Of a DNA stretch of 64,000 bases, positions 1 to 9,823 are shown piece by piece. The stretch lies in IMG/VR virus record IMGVR_UViG_3300032282_005588, positions 16,083 through 80,082 of that record; one strand, 5' to 3'. The stretch's first letter is position 1. Every line of letters begins with the position of its first letter. The position numbers and the translations under genes were made by a program. The notes below the pieces were generated by a model, which ran no database searches, was not told the DNA's origin, and saw only the letters and a program-made list of their open reading frames with translations. This DNA is from a virus.

Positions 1-1
1 A

Positions 2-598
2 AAATCTCATTGTTCTAAACTTACAGATAAAGATATTCAAGATATATTAGATGGAAGTAAATTAGGGATTGGTAATGATTTAATGGGAATCCAGAAAGGA
101 ATTGATGGAGTTTCTATTAGAAATATTAGAAAAAAGTTTTTAACATCTGAGGAATATGAAAAATACCATTCAATAAATCGTTTTTATGAAGGAGATTATA
201 ATTCATATTATAATGAAAGAGGAGATAAATTTTTGTCAACATGGGAAGAAAAAGTAGCAGATTTTTTATATCATAAAAATATAAAATATTATTCAAACGT
301 AAGACTTGATTATAAAAGTAAACATTATTCACCTGATATTTATATACCTGAAAATAGGGTATTTATTGAAATATTCGGAATGTCTAATATTAATTGTTAT
401 AAAGGAAATATGAATAAGAAATCTCAATATTATATTGATAATAAAATAAAATGTTTATTTTTATATGAAGAAGATTTTTTAGAAAACAGAAAACCAATAG
501 AAAAATATAAGATTAAATTAAATGAATTTTTAGAAGAAATTAAAAATATAATATTCAATAATCATATAAAAAATAATATAGTATTTAAAGATAGATAA
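2..598 (+). CDS. Putative PD-(D/E)XK (Vsr/DUF559-like) endonuclease, 5'-partial, possibly a homing endonuclease
   Basis: Frame is open from the window start. Motifs STWEEKVADFL, YSPDIYI, FIEIFG. Confidence 0.6.
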   Translation, partial: KSHCSKLTDKDIQDILDGSKLGIGNDLMGIQKGIDGVSIRNIRKKFLTSEEYEKYHSINRFYEGDYNSYYNERGDKFLSTWEEKVADFLYHKNIKYYSNVRLDYKSKHYSPDIYIPENRVFIEIFGMSNINCYKGNMNKKSQYYIDNKIKCLFLYEEDFLENRKPIEKYKIKLNEFLEEIKNIIFNNHIKNNIVFKDR

Positions 599-687
599 AT
601 AAATTAAAATATAAACAACTCAACAAAAGATGGAAAATAATTGGAATTATACAACAACATTCGGTATTTATAAAATAAATTATATAT

Positions 688-903
688 ATGTTAAATAATA
701 AAAATATATTATCATTATATGAATATTTAGGTCATGCCGCTGGACCTATCTTAGGTAAAGAAGTAGCCCAATCAGCTATAAAATCAAATATACAAATTTC
801 TTCACACGAAGTAAATAATAACAAATACACAGGAAAAATATTAAAATATCCTAAACAATTTTTAGAAGATTATTTCCAAAAAAACCCAACAACAAAATTA
901 TAA
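688..903 (+). CDS. Small hypothetical phage protein
   Basis: 71 aa ORF preceded by a TATTTATA motif and an A-rich leader. Confidence 0.6.
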   Translation: MLNNKNILSLYEYLGHAAGPILGKEVAQSAIKSNIQISSHEVNNNKYTGKILKYPKQFLEDYFQKNPTTKL

Positions 904-907
904 AATT

Positions 908-1765
908 ATGTCAATAAGAACAGATAAATTAAAAATTTCCCAAGATTTTTTTAGCTTACAAGGGGAAGGTAAAACAATGGGATATCCTTCATATTTTGTG
1001 CGCTTAGCTATTTGCAACTTAAGTTGTGGGATGTCAAGAAAATTTCTTAACCAATTAGTAAAAGATAATACCTTAAAAGAAGGAGAAATATTTACTGGAG
1101 ATTTACATGCTGAAGGAAAAGCTACATGGACTTGTGATAGTACATCTGAGTGGGCTTTAAAAGGTGAAGATAAAGACTTCCAATACTTGATTGATCAATG
1201 GAAAGAACAAGGCATCTATGAACATATTAAGAATGGTACTATCCATATTATTTGGACTGGTGGAGAACCTACCATTAAACAGCATCAAGAAGCTATTATG
1301 AATTTCCGCCAACATTGGTATAATTTAGAAACAAAATTACTAAGAGAAGTTGGATATACAGGAGATTTTACACCGTATGATGAAATAGAAACTAACTGTA
1401 CAGTTTATATTGATCAACCGTTATTTGACACATTAGATCAAATCAACTGCTCACCTAAACTATCTAATTCAGGTATGACAGCATCACAACGTATTAATCC
1501 AGATGCAATTAAACGTATTATGGAACATAAGAACTATCAATTCAAATTTGTTATCTCAACTGAGAATGATGTTAAAGAATTGTTCCGTGACTTTGTTGAA
1601 CCATTTAATATACCACTTGATAAAATATGTTGTATGCCGGGTTTAGATGATAGAGATAATTTTCATGAACGTACACATTTTGTATTTGAAATGGCTAAAA
1701 AATATAAATTTATAGCTTCAACTAGATTACATATAAGTGCTTATGGAGCAGTTACAGGAGTATAA
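908..1765 (+). CDS. queE: 7-carboxy-7-deazaguanine synthase QueE (radical SAM)
   Basis: FFSLQGEG..G.PSYFVRL, CNLSC...CDS, TGGEP, IETN, CSPKL, FKFVI, RLHI. folE is nearby. Confidence 0.85.
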   Translation: MSIRTDKLKISQDFFSLQGEGKTMGYPSYFVRLAICNLSCGMSRKFLNQLVKDNTLKEGEIFTGDLHAEGKATWTCDSTSEWALKGEDKDFQYLIDQWKEQGIYEHIKNGTIHIIWTGGEPTIKQHQEAIMNFRQHWYNLETKLLREVGYTGDFTPYDEIETNCTVYIDQPLFDTLDQINCSPKLSNSGMTASQRINPDAIKRIMEHKNYQFKFVISTENDVKELFRDFVEPFNIPLDKICCMPGLDDRDNFHERTHFVFEMAKKYKFIASTRLHISAYGAVTGV

Positions 1766-1786
1766 TTAATTAAAAAATATAATATA

Positions 1787-1936
1787 ATGATAACAGACTA
1801 CTTATTACAAACAATCATCAATACAGTAAAAAATACTGGTAATGATGCTGAATTAGGAGCTAAAATTAGAGCTCTAATTACACCAATTATTCAATCACAA
1901 GGGATCCAAGAAGGTAAAACATTATTAAAAGGTTAA
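1787..1936 (+). CDS. Small hypothetical protein (49 aa, MITDYLLQT...)
   Basis: Translated by hand. Fills the gap between queE and the next gene. Confidence 0.5.
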   Translation: MITDYLLQTIINTVKNTGNDAELGAKIRALITPIIQSQGIQEGKTLLKG

Positions 1937-1941
1937 CTATT

Positions 1942-2424
1942 ATGGGAAAAAATTTAAATCAGCTAAATCAATATTTGGATCAATTTAACCAAATTATTCT
2001 AGAATTAAAAAAAAGAGGAATTGAAGGTTCAAATAATGTTAGATTAGGAGGCTCACTAATGTTTAAAGTTCATGGTCTAAATTTCTCAAGAATCACAGAT
2101 GATTTAGATATTATTTTAACTAATCCTACTGAAGAACAAAAATCATACCTTAATTTAATTAAAGTTTTTTCAATTTTGAAAGGTAATTATAATTATGAAA
2201 CTCCTAATTATAAATTCATAAAAAATGGATTGATATTAAATATATTAGTAACAAATAAAATTTATATTGATGGAGAAGAAGAAAACTCATATGAAACATA
2301 CTATAAATTTAGAAATAATTTATATGAAATCGTTCCCATTAATGAAATCATTAAAGCTAAAAAACAATATGATAGAATCAAAGATAGAAATGATTTTTTA
2401 ATACTTAAAAAAGAAAATTTTTAA
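1942..2424 (+). CDS. Nucleotidyltransferase-fold protein
   Basis: LGGSL...R.TDDLDI motif and a C-terminal K....R.KD..D. Confidence 0.6.
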   Translation: MGKNLNQLNQYLDQFNQIILELKKRGIEGSNNVRLGGSLMFKVHGLNFSRITDDLDIILTNPTEEQKSYLNLIKVFSILKGNYNYETPNYKFIKNGLILNILVTNKIYIDGEEENSYETYYKFRNNLYEIVPINEIIKAKKQYDRIKDRNDFLILKKENF

Positions 2425-2426
2425 AA

Positions 2427-2708
2427 ATGGATAAAGTATTACTTAAAGAATCAATAAATAATAAAGATAATCTTTTATTATATTTTAAAGCTGATTGGTG
2501 TGGTTCTTGTAAAGAATCGAATCAATATATTAAAAAAATATCTGAGTCTAAAAAAGATTTTAAATTACATGAAATCGAATCTGATGAAGATAGAGATGAT
2601 ATAGGAGCATTATTTAAAGTAGAATTTCTACCAACATTAATTATCATTAATGAAACCGGATATAAAAAATATGTAGGTACTAAAAAAATTAAAGATTTGA
2701 CTAAATGA
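2427..2708 (+). CDS. Thioredoxin
   Basis: F.ADWCGSC active site and LPTL. Confidence 0.85.
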   Translation: MDKVLLKESINNKDNLLLYFKADWCGSCKESNQYIKKISESKKDFKLHEIESDEDRDDIGALFKVEFLPTLIIINETGYKKYVGTKKIKDLTK

Positions 2709-3199
2709 ATATATTATTTAATGAATATCAAATCCAATCAGCTGTTACCAAAATAGCTGATATTATTAATAATAAAAAACATGATGAACCCCCAATTTTT
2801 ATATGTTTATTGAATGGTGCATTTATGTTTTTTTCTGATTTAATAAAACAAATAGATAAATGTGAAATAGATTTTATGAGGGTAAAATCATACCCAAATG
2901 AGATATTAATAACAGCAAATAATACTAGTTATATAAAAGGGAAAGATGTTTATGTAATAGATGATATATGTGATTCGGGTAATACATTAGACTTTATTAT
3001 TAAAAATTTAAAAAATCAAGGGGTTAAATCAATTACACCCATTACTCTTTTTAAAAGATATAATATTGAATATGAAAATCTAATATATGGTATTGAATTA
3101 AAGAATGAACATTATATAATAGGATATGGACTTGATGATTTAGATGGTCTTAATAGAAATAAAAAATATATTGTGGGGTTAGAAGATGACAATAATTAA
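2705..3199 (+). CDS. hpt: Hypoxanthine-guanine phosphoribosyltransferase-like
   Basis: LNGAFMFFSDL, VIDDICDSGNTL (PRPP-binding loop), IIGYGLD. Confidence 0.85.
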   Translation: MNILFNEYQIQSAVTKIADIINNKKHDEPPIFICLLNGAFMFFSDLIKQIDKCEIDFMRVKSYPNEILITANNTSYIKGKDVYVIDDICDSGNTLDFIIKNLKNQGVKSITPITLFKRYNIEYENLIYGIELKNEHYIIGYGLDDLDGLNRNKKYIVGLEDDNN

Positions 3200-3242
3200 A
3201 AACAATTTGGTTTTATAAAAATTATTAATTATATTATAAATT

Positions 3243-3878
3243 ATGAAATATATAGAAAAAGCAAACGAAAACACACCTCGAACCTCAGAAGAAATTGAAA
3301 ACATGATTAGTGAGGCTTCCGAACACTATGGTAGATTTTTAAAATCAATGGGTTTTGATTATACTGCTGATCCTCAAACCATTGATACACCTCGTCGTGT
3401 GGCTAAGGCCTGGCTTAAAGATCTAATTATAGGATCTATTACAGAAGAACCATCTATGACTGTTTTTCCAAATGAAGAAAATTATGATGGTATAGTTATC
3501 CAAACAGGGATTCCTGTAGTTTCAATGTGCGCCCATCATAATTTACCATTCACAGGATATGCATCAGTAGCATATGTTCCTAAAGATAAAGTAGTAGGTC
3601 TATCTAAATTGAATAGGGTAGTTGACTGGTTCTCAAGAAGACCACAAATGCAAGAATCACTAACTCAACAAATACACTCATTTTTATCTGAAAAACTAGA
3701 ATGTGAATCTATAGCTGTAAGTATAGCTTCTAAACATATGTGTTGTGGATTAAGAGGCATAAAACACCCCACAAGTGTGATGTGTACTAATAAATTTAGT
3801 GGAGTATTTATGGAATCAGGAAATCTAATCCGTGAAGAATTCCTCCAAGCTATAAACAAAAATGGTCCTAAATTTTAA
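3243..3878 (+). CDS. folE: GTP cyclohydrolase I
   Basis: DTPRRVAK, SMCAHH.LPF, GLSKLNR, RPQMQE, HMC..LRG. Confidence 0.95.
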   Translation: MKYIEKANENTPRTSEEIENMISEASEHYGRFLKSMGFDYTADPQTIDTPRRVAKAWLKDLIIGSITEEPSMTVFPNEENYDGIVIQTGIPVVSMCAHHNLPFTGYASVAYVPKDKVVGLSKLNRVVDWFSRRPQMQESLTQQIHSFLSEKLECESIAVSIASKHMCCGLRGIKHPTSVMCTNKFSGVFMESGNLIREEFLQAINKNGPKF

Positions 3879-3892
3879 TTAAATTATAAAAT

Positions 3893-4426
3893 ATGTTAAA
3901 TAGTAATCAAATCATTTATGAAAATCTCCTCAAATTAGAAAATTCTAAAGGAAAACAAGCCCAAGTGGGGTATGATTTAAGTATTAAATCATTACAAAAA
4001 GTAAATTCATCTATTAAAATAGGTAAAATTTTAAAAGACAAAACAGAATTAGCAGAATATGTTCCTGTAATGTTAGGGAATTTAGATAATGTTGAAGGTT
4101 ACCTTTTACACCCAGGAGTATATGATGTTACATTTCATGAGGGATGTAAAATTCCAGGTAATAGAACTGGATTTATTAAACAACGTTCCTCATTATATAG
4201 AAATGGAAGTATAATTAATAGCCCTGTTTTTGATCCTGGATTTGAAACAGATAATATGGGAACATTTATGTATGTATATGAAACAATCTTCATCGAAAAA
4301 GATTCCCGCATCGCTCAAATATATTTCCATGAATGTGAATTAGTTAAGAAAGACCAACTATATGATGGGCAATTTCAGGGAGATTCTCAAAGGAAGGATT
4401 TTCGCAATCCATCAGTTCAACATTAA
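3893..4426 (+). CDS. dCTP deaminase / trimeric dUTPase family
   Basis: GYDL, QRSSL.R.G, VFDPGF, RIAQI, Y.GQFQ. Confidence 0.8.
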   Translation: MLNSNQIIYENLLKLENSKGKQAQVGYDLSIKSLQKVNSSIKIGKILKDKTELAEYVPVMLGNLDNVEGYLLHPGVYDVTFHEGCKIPGNRTGFIKQRSSLYRNGSIINSPVFDPGFETDNMGTFMYVYETIFIEKDSRIAQIYFHECELVKKDQLYDGQFQGDSQRKDFRNPSVQH

Positions 4427-4461
4427 ACAATAAACTTTTTATTTTCTTATTATAAACAATT

Positions 4462-4491
4462 AGGACCTATTTTTATAGGTCCTTTTGTTTT
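4462..4491 (+). terminator. Rho-independent terminator
   Basis: AGGACCTAT/ATAGGTCCT hairpin followed by a T-run. Confidence 0.7.
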
Positions 4492-4520
4492 TCCATAATC
4501 CAATCATATTTATTACTGAT

Positions 4521-4913
4521 ATGAAAACACCTGAATCAACTATTAAATTAAAAAATTATAGTGGTAAAAAAAATCCATTATTTGGTAATTCACCTTTTAA
4601 TTTAGGGAAGGTAAGAACCCCAAATAATACTAATAATTTAATTGCTCCATCCGATTTAGGGAAAATAACAAAATCTTCTTCTAAAATTAATCTTGAAAAA
4701 ATTCCTTCATCATTAGAAGCAAAATCAACCAATTCATCAAACGCATTATTAAGAAAAGTAGTTTCTACAACTATTAAAGGGAATGGAAGAATAGAAAAAC
4801 AAATAGTACAAGTAGCCATAGATTACATGACCCCTAATACTTATGTAACACCAAATCCTCAATGGCCAGACACTACAGGATATGTAGCTGATTCAACATA
4901 TATAGAAGTATAA
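4521..4913 (+). CDS. Hypothetical protein, likely a late gene
   Basis: ATG at 4521 follows an ATATTTATT motif. Confidence 0.6.
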   Translation: MKTPESTIKLKNYSGKKNPLFGNSPFNLGKVRTPNNTNNLIAPSDLGKITKSSSKINLEKIPSSLEAKSTNSSNALLRKVVSTTIKGNGRIEKQIVQVAIDYMTPNTYVTPNPQWPDTTGYVADSTYIEV

Positions 4914-4952
4914 TAAAAAATAAAAAATAAAAAACAAAAATAAAACATTAAA

Positions 4953-6860
4953 ATGGGAATAACATTAAGAAGTGTAAAAGGCACAGCCTTAACCTTTACT
5001 GAATTAGATGATAATTTTTTATATCTATCTCAGTCATATACTACTACTAGTTCATTTAATTCATTTAGTAGTTCATATAACTCAGGGAGTTTTACTGGTT
5101 CATTTACTGGTAATCTTTCAGGAACATCAAGTTGGGCTAGTAATGCTTCTACTGCTTCATACGTTTTAAACGCAGTTTCAAGTTCATTCGCAACAACAGC
5201 TTCATTTTCACAAACAGCATCCTACGTTTTAAATGCAATATCAAGTTCATTTTCTACAACTGCATCATTTTCACAAACAGCTTCATTTGTTAATAATGCT
5301 CAAACAGCATCCTACGTTTTAAATGCAGTTTCAAGCTCATTTTCTACAACTGCATCATTTTCACAAACGGCTTCATTTGTTAAAAATGCACAAACAGCTT
5401 CATATGTTTTAAATGCAATATCAAGTTCATTTGCAACAACAGCTTCATTTTCACAAACGGCTTCATTTGTTAAAAATGCACAAACAGCATCATATTTCCC
5501 TAAGGTTATAGTAGATAACTCAACCCAGAATACATTAATAGCATCTTCTCCCAATAATAATGGTCTTTATAATACATCTTTGGGTGATGGTACTCTATTT
5601 TCAAATTCATCTGGGAATAGTAATACAGCACTAGGTGGTGGTGTAATGTATAATAATATATCAGGAGATAATAATACAGCCATAGGAGCAGATGCATTAT
5701 CTAATAATACCACTGGTACTGATAATATAGCTGCTGGGATACAATCATTATATTCAAACACTTTAGGAAGTTATAATATAGCTGCTGGGATACAATCATT
5801 ATATTCAAACACTTTAGGTAATAATAATACATCTATAGGATATCAAGCAACTCAAGGAAATACAACAGGAAACTATAATGTAGCTATGGGGGATCAAGCA
5901 TTATATTCTAATCAAACAGGTAGTTCAAATGTAGCTATAGGTACTAATGCTTTAAGAGCAAATGTACAAAACTTAAATGTAGCTATAGGTACTAATGCTT
6001 TATTCCAAAAAACTACAGGAAATGGAAACACAGCTATTGGTCATTACTCTCTATACCTGTTAAATACAGGTTCAAATAACGTAGCATTAGGATACCAAGC
6101 AGGATATAATGAGACTGGAAATAATAAATTACATATATCTAATACTAATGCATATTCATTAATATATGGTGAATTTAATAACAGATATCTCCAAGTTCAA
6201 GGAACATTAGCAGTTTCTTCCTCAATGTCTGTAACAGGTAGTTTAAATGTTCAATCAGGAATTACTAGTAGTTTATTTGGAACATCAAGTTGGGCTAGTA
6301 ATGCTTCTACTGCTTCATATGTTTTAAATGCAGTTTCAAGTTCATTTGCAACTAGTGCATCATTTGCTCAAACAGCATCTTTTGTTGCATCTGCATCTTT
6401 ATCTGCAACTTCATCATATTTAAATAAATTAAATCAAAATATAATTAATACTGGTTCTATATTCTCAGGAAATGGTTCAGGAACTGAAATTAGAGTTTGG
6501 GGTGAGGAAGGAAGTATAGAGATATGTAGGGATAGTTCTAAAGGTGGAAATGCATATATTGACTTTAAAAATAACATATCAGATGATTATGATGTTAGAA
6601 TAGGCCAAGTAGGCAACACAGATGCATTCGGAGTAGCATGTGGATATCCCAATGAGTATAATTTTCAGATAACAAATACAAGTACTAATATAACTGGTAG
6701 TTTAAATGTAACTGGTAGTTTAAATATTAATAATATACTAACACTAACACGAAGAACCACCACCCCAACTCCTATAGAAGGAATGATAATAGCTTCAGGA
6801 TCAGCAGGAGCTAGTGTTCTATACTACTACAATGGAACAACTTGGAATGCATTATTTTAA
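4953..6860 (+). CDS. Tail-fibre/adhesin-like Ser/Thr-rich repeat protein
   Basis: N-terminal LR..KG..LT..ELD.NF, TASYVLNAVSSSF repeats, and N(T/V)A(I/L)G..AL repeats (YadA-head-like). Confidence 0.65.
   Translation: MGITLRSVKGTALTFTELDDNFLYLSQSYTTTSSFNSFSSSYNSGSFTGSFTGNLSGTSSWASNASTASYVLNAVSSSFATTASFSQTASYVLNAISSSFSTTASFSQTASFVNNAQTASYVLNAVSSSFSTTASFSQTASFVKNAQTASYVLNAISSSFATTASFSQTASFVKNAQTASYFPKVIVDNSTQNTLIASSPNNNGLYNTSLGDGTLFSNSSGNSNTALGGGVMYNNISGDNNTAIGADALSNNTTGTDNIAAGIQSLYSNTLGSYNIAAGIQSLYSNTLGNNNTSIGYQATQGNTTGNYNVAMGDQALYSNQTGSSNVAIGTNALRANVQNLNVAIGTNALFQKTTGNGNTAIGHYSLYLLNTGSNNVALGYQAGYNETGNNKLHISNTNAYSLIYGEFNNRYLQVQGTLAVSSSMSVTGSLNVQSGITSSLFGTSSWASNASTASYVLNAVSSSFATSASFAQTASFVASASLSATSSYLNKLNQNIINTGSIFSGNGSGTEIRVWGEEGSIEICRDSSKGGNAYIDFKNNISDDYDVRIGQVGNTDAFGVACGYPNEYNFQITNTSTNITGSLNVTGSLNINNILTLTRRTTTPTPIEGMIIASGSAGASVLYYYNGTTWNALF
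5121..5493 (+). repeat. Tandem coding repeats TASYVLNA(V/I)SSSF(A/S)TTASFSQ, with a further copy near 6280-6350
   Basis: Near-identical DNA units are visible in the sequence. Confidence 0.85.
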
Positions 6861-6880
6861 TCAATAATATAAAAATTTTG

Positions 6881-6956
6881 GCTTAGGACCAATATAGTTA
6901 CATAGTAACTAAAATTCCGAGTAAAGTGTCGCTACATTACTCGGAATTCCTTTTCC
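6881..6956 (+). terminator. Two-hairpin element (terminator or cis-RNA) between the fibre gene and PolB
   Basis: TAGTTAC-ata-GTAACTA, then AATTCCGAGTAA-N12-TTACTCGGAATT, then a pyrimidine run. Confidence 0.5.
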
Positions 6957-7000
6957 TATTATATTTGGTAATCTCAAACTTTATTAGTATATTATAATAT

Positions 7001-9745
7001 ATGTATCAATCAATATTTTATTCAAATCATGGTGAAGATAAAGGAACAGTTTATTTAAGAGATGATATAAAGGGATTTAGAGAATTCAAATATTATCCTA
7101 CTGTATATAAATTAGATCCTGATGGTGAATATGAAACACTATTTGGTGATATGTGTAGTCCTGTTCGAGGAAGATTTGATTGGAATGATCCTACTATATT
7201 AGAAAAAGACATTCAAAAAGATATTGCATGTTTAAGAGACTTATATTATAAAGATGATTCTGCTCCTTCATATCACAATATAATTTATTTAGATATTGAG
7301 ATAGAAATATTAGGTACTCTAACACCCCAATCAGTAAGAGAGGCAAAAGCAGAAGTAACTGCAATTGCCTTAATTGATGTTAATACTAAAACTAAATATT
7401 GTTATGTTTTAGATAAATCAAAAACTATAAAATCAATTAATCAGGATAATAAACAAATTGTACCTTGTGTTGATGAAAAAGAATTATTAAATAAATTTTT
7501 AGATAAATGGATTGAATTAGACCCAACCATAGTAGTTGGTTATAATAGTGATTTTTTTGATATACCTTACTTATATTTTAGAATAAAGAATATATTAGGA
7601 GAAAATACAGCTTTATTATTATCCCCTATTAAAAAAATAAATGATAATTTATATAATCCATATTCACCAATTCAAATTGGAGGAATAAATAGTTTAGATT
7701 ATATGTTGTTAGTTAAAAAATATATAGCTAAAGAAGAACCATCATATAAATTAGGAGACATAGGACAAAAATATGTTGATTTAGGAAAGATAGAATATCA
7801 AGGATCTTTAGATAGATTATTTAAAGAAGATCCAAATAAATTTATTGAATATAACTTACGAGACGTTGAAATAATAGAAAAATTAGAAGAAAAACTCCAA
7901 TTTATTAAACTAACCATATTAATATGTCATTTATGTCATGTTCCATATGAAAGTATTTATTATAATACTATATTAAATGAAGGTGCAATATTAACGTATC
8001 TAAAAAGGAAAAACATTGTATCACCTAATAAACCAACCACTACCAATAAATCAATTAAAGAATTATATGTTGGGGATGAAGTTATTCATCAAAGAGGAAC
8101 ACCAACAGTAGAAGGTACTATAGTTTATATAGATGAAGTAACAGGTAAAATACAAGTTAAAACTAAATCAGGTTCTATAAAAGATAGAAGTCCAAAAACA
8201 ATAAGAAAGAAAGAAAGCTATGCTGGGGGATATTTATTACCCCCCATTCCTGGCTTATATGAATATGTAAGTGATTCTGACTTTACTAGTCTATACCCAA
8301 GTATAATAAAATCATTAAATTTAGGTATTGAAACATTAATAGGAAGAATAGTTACAAAATCTAATTATGAACAATATAATAGTTTAGAAAAACTAAAAGA
8401 AAGAAATCAAGAAGAAATTATTCAAATAGAAAAATTAGATACTAAAACATATATTTTAAAACAAGGTAAATGTAAAATAAAAAACCTAATTAAACTAATT
8501 GAAACAAACAAATGGTCAATATCAGCAAGCGGAGCATTTTATAGAAACGATAAAAAAAGCATTACTTGTTTAGTCCTAGAAGATTGGTTTATACAAAGAG
8601 AACATTATAGAGACTTAAAAAAGAAAGCAGGTAAATCTAAAGATTGGGATAAATACTCATTATATGATTTGTATCAAATGGCCTTCAAAATATTACAGAA
8701 CGCATTATACGGTACATATGCTATAAATGGTTGGAGATATACTGATGGTCATAAAATATGTTCTTCATCTATCACTAATTCAGGTCAAAGATTAGTAAAA
8801 GAGAGTATTATCTATATAAATGAGGATTTAGAAAAAACTATTAATAGTGGTAGAAAAGAATTCGTAATAAGTTCAGATACTGATTCTGCTTATATTGAGT
8901 TAAAAGATTTATTAAATATAAAATATCCTGATGTTATCAATGAAGAAGAAAAGATAGAAAAATTAATAGAATTATCACAAGAACTCCAAGTAAAAACAAA
9001 TAAGAACTTATTTAAAATAAGTAAAGATTTATTTAATATTACTAATAAACATTATTTTGAACTCAAACAGGAAGTAATAGTTAAAAGAGCATACTGGTCA
9101 GGTAAAAGGAGATATGCAATGTGGGTAGTAAATAAAGAAGGAGTACCAATTCCCCCAGACCATAAAGATGCACTAGATATGAAAGGATTAGATATCATGA
9201 AATCAAACTTCCCACCCTATTTCAGAAAATTTGGGGAGGAATTAATTAAGAAAATATTATTTGATACTCCTAAATTAGAAGTAGATAAATATATATTAGA
9301 TTTTAAAAAATCACTAAATGATATAAGCTGGAAATATCTACTTAAACCAACAGGTCTTAAGAAGATAAAAGAGTACATATCATCACCACCCCAACCAGGA
9401 AATATATTCTCTAAATTAGCATTAAAATGCCCAATTAACACCAAAGCAGCAATATATTCATCCGATTTTATTAAGTTTAAAGGATTAGATAAACAATTTC
9501 CTCTTCCCCAAATAGGAGATAAAATATATATAGTATATCTAAAAAAGAACCCATATAATATAGATGTCATAGCTCTAAATGGATATAATGATCCACCAGA
9601 ATTATTAGAAATATCCGAAAAATATATTGATAGAGATAAAATATTTGATAGTGTTCTTAAGAATAAATTAGAAGGTATATATGAAGATTTAAATTGGGGG
9701 ATTTTAGTATTGAATAATAACATTAACAAATTTTTTAATTTCTGA
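7001..9745 (+). CDS. Family B DNA polymerase with proofreading exonuclease
   Basis: ExoI DIEIE, ExoII GYNSDFFDIPY, ExoIII YNLRD. Pol motifs DFTSLYPS, KILQNALYG, DTDS, KRRY. Confidence 0.95.
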   Translation: MYQSIFYSNHGEDKGTVYLRDDIKGFREFKYYPTVYKLDPDGEYETLFGDMCSPVRGRFDWNDPTILEKDIQKDIACLRDLYYKDDSAPSYHNIIYLDIEIEILGTLTPQSVREAKAEVTAIALIDVNTKTKYCYVLDKSKTIKSINQDNKQIVPCVDEKELLNKFLDKWIELDPTIVVGYNSDFFDIPYLYFRIKNILGENTALLLSPIKKINDNLYNPYSPIQIGGINSLDYMLLVKKYIAKEEPSYKLGDIGQKYVDLGKIEYQGSLDRLFKEDPNKFIEYNLRDVEIIEKLEEKLQFIKLTILICHLCHVPYESIYYNTILNEGAILTYLKRKNIVSPNKPTTTNKSIKELYVGDEVIHQRGTPTVEGTIVYIDEVTGKIQVKTKSGSIKDRSPKTIRKKESYAGGYLLPPIPGLYEYVSDSDFTSLYPSIIKSLNLGIETLIGRIVTKSNYEQYNSLEKLKERNQEEIIQIEKLDTKTYILKQGKCKIKNLIKLIETNKWSISASGAFYRNDKKSITCLVLEDWFIQREHYRDLKKKAGKSKDWDKYSLYDLYQMAFKILQNALYGTYAINGWRYTDGHKICSSSITNSGQRLVKESIIYINEDLEKTINSGRKEFVISSDTDSAYIELKDLLNIKYPDVINEEEKIEKLIELSQELQVKTNKNLFKISKDLFNITNKHYFELKQEVIVKRAYWSGKRRYAMWVVNKEGVPIPPDHKDALDMKGLDIMKSNFPPYFRKFGEELIKKILFDTPKLEVDKYILDFKKSLNDISWKYLLKPTGLKKIKEYISSPPQPGNIFSKLALKCPINTKAAIYSSDFIKFKGLDKQFPLPQIGDKIYIVYLKKNPYNIDVIALNGYNDPPELLEISEKYIDRDKIFDSVLKNKLEGIYEDLNWGILVLNNNINKFFNF

Positions 9746-9823
9746 TAAAACTAACTTATAAATAACGAATATTAATTTAAGCTTGGATATATAAATAAAA
9801 ACCCATACATTTTAAATATAATA

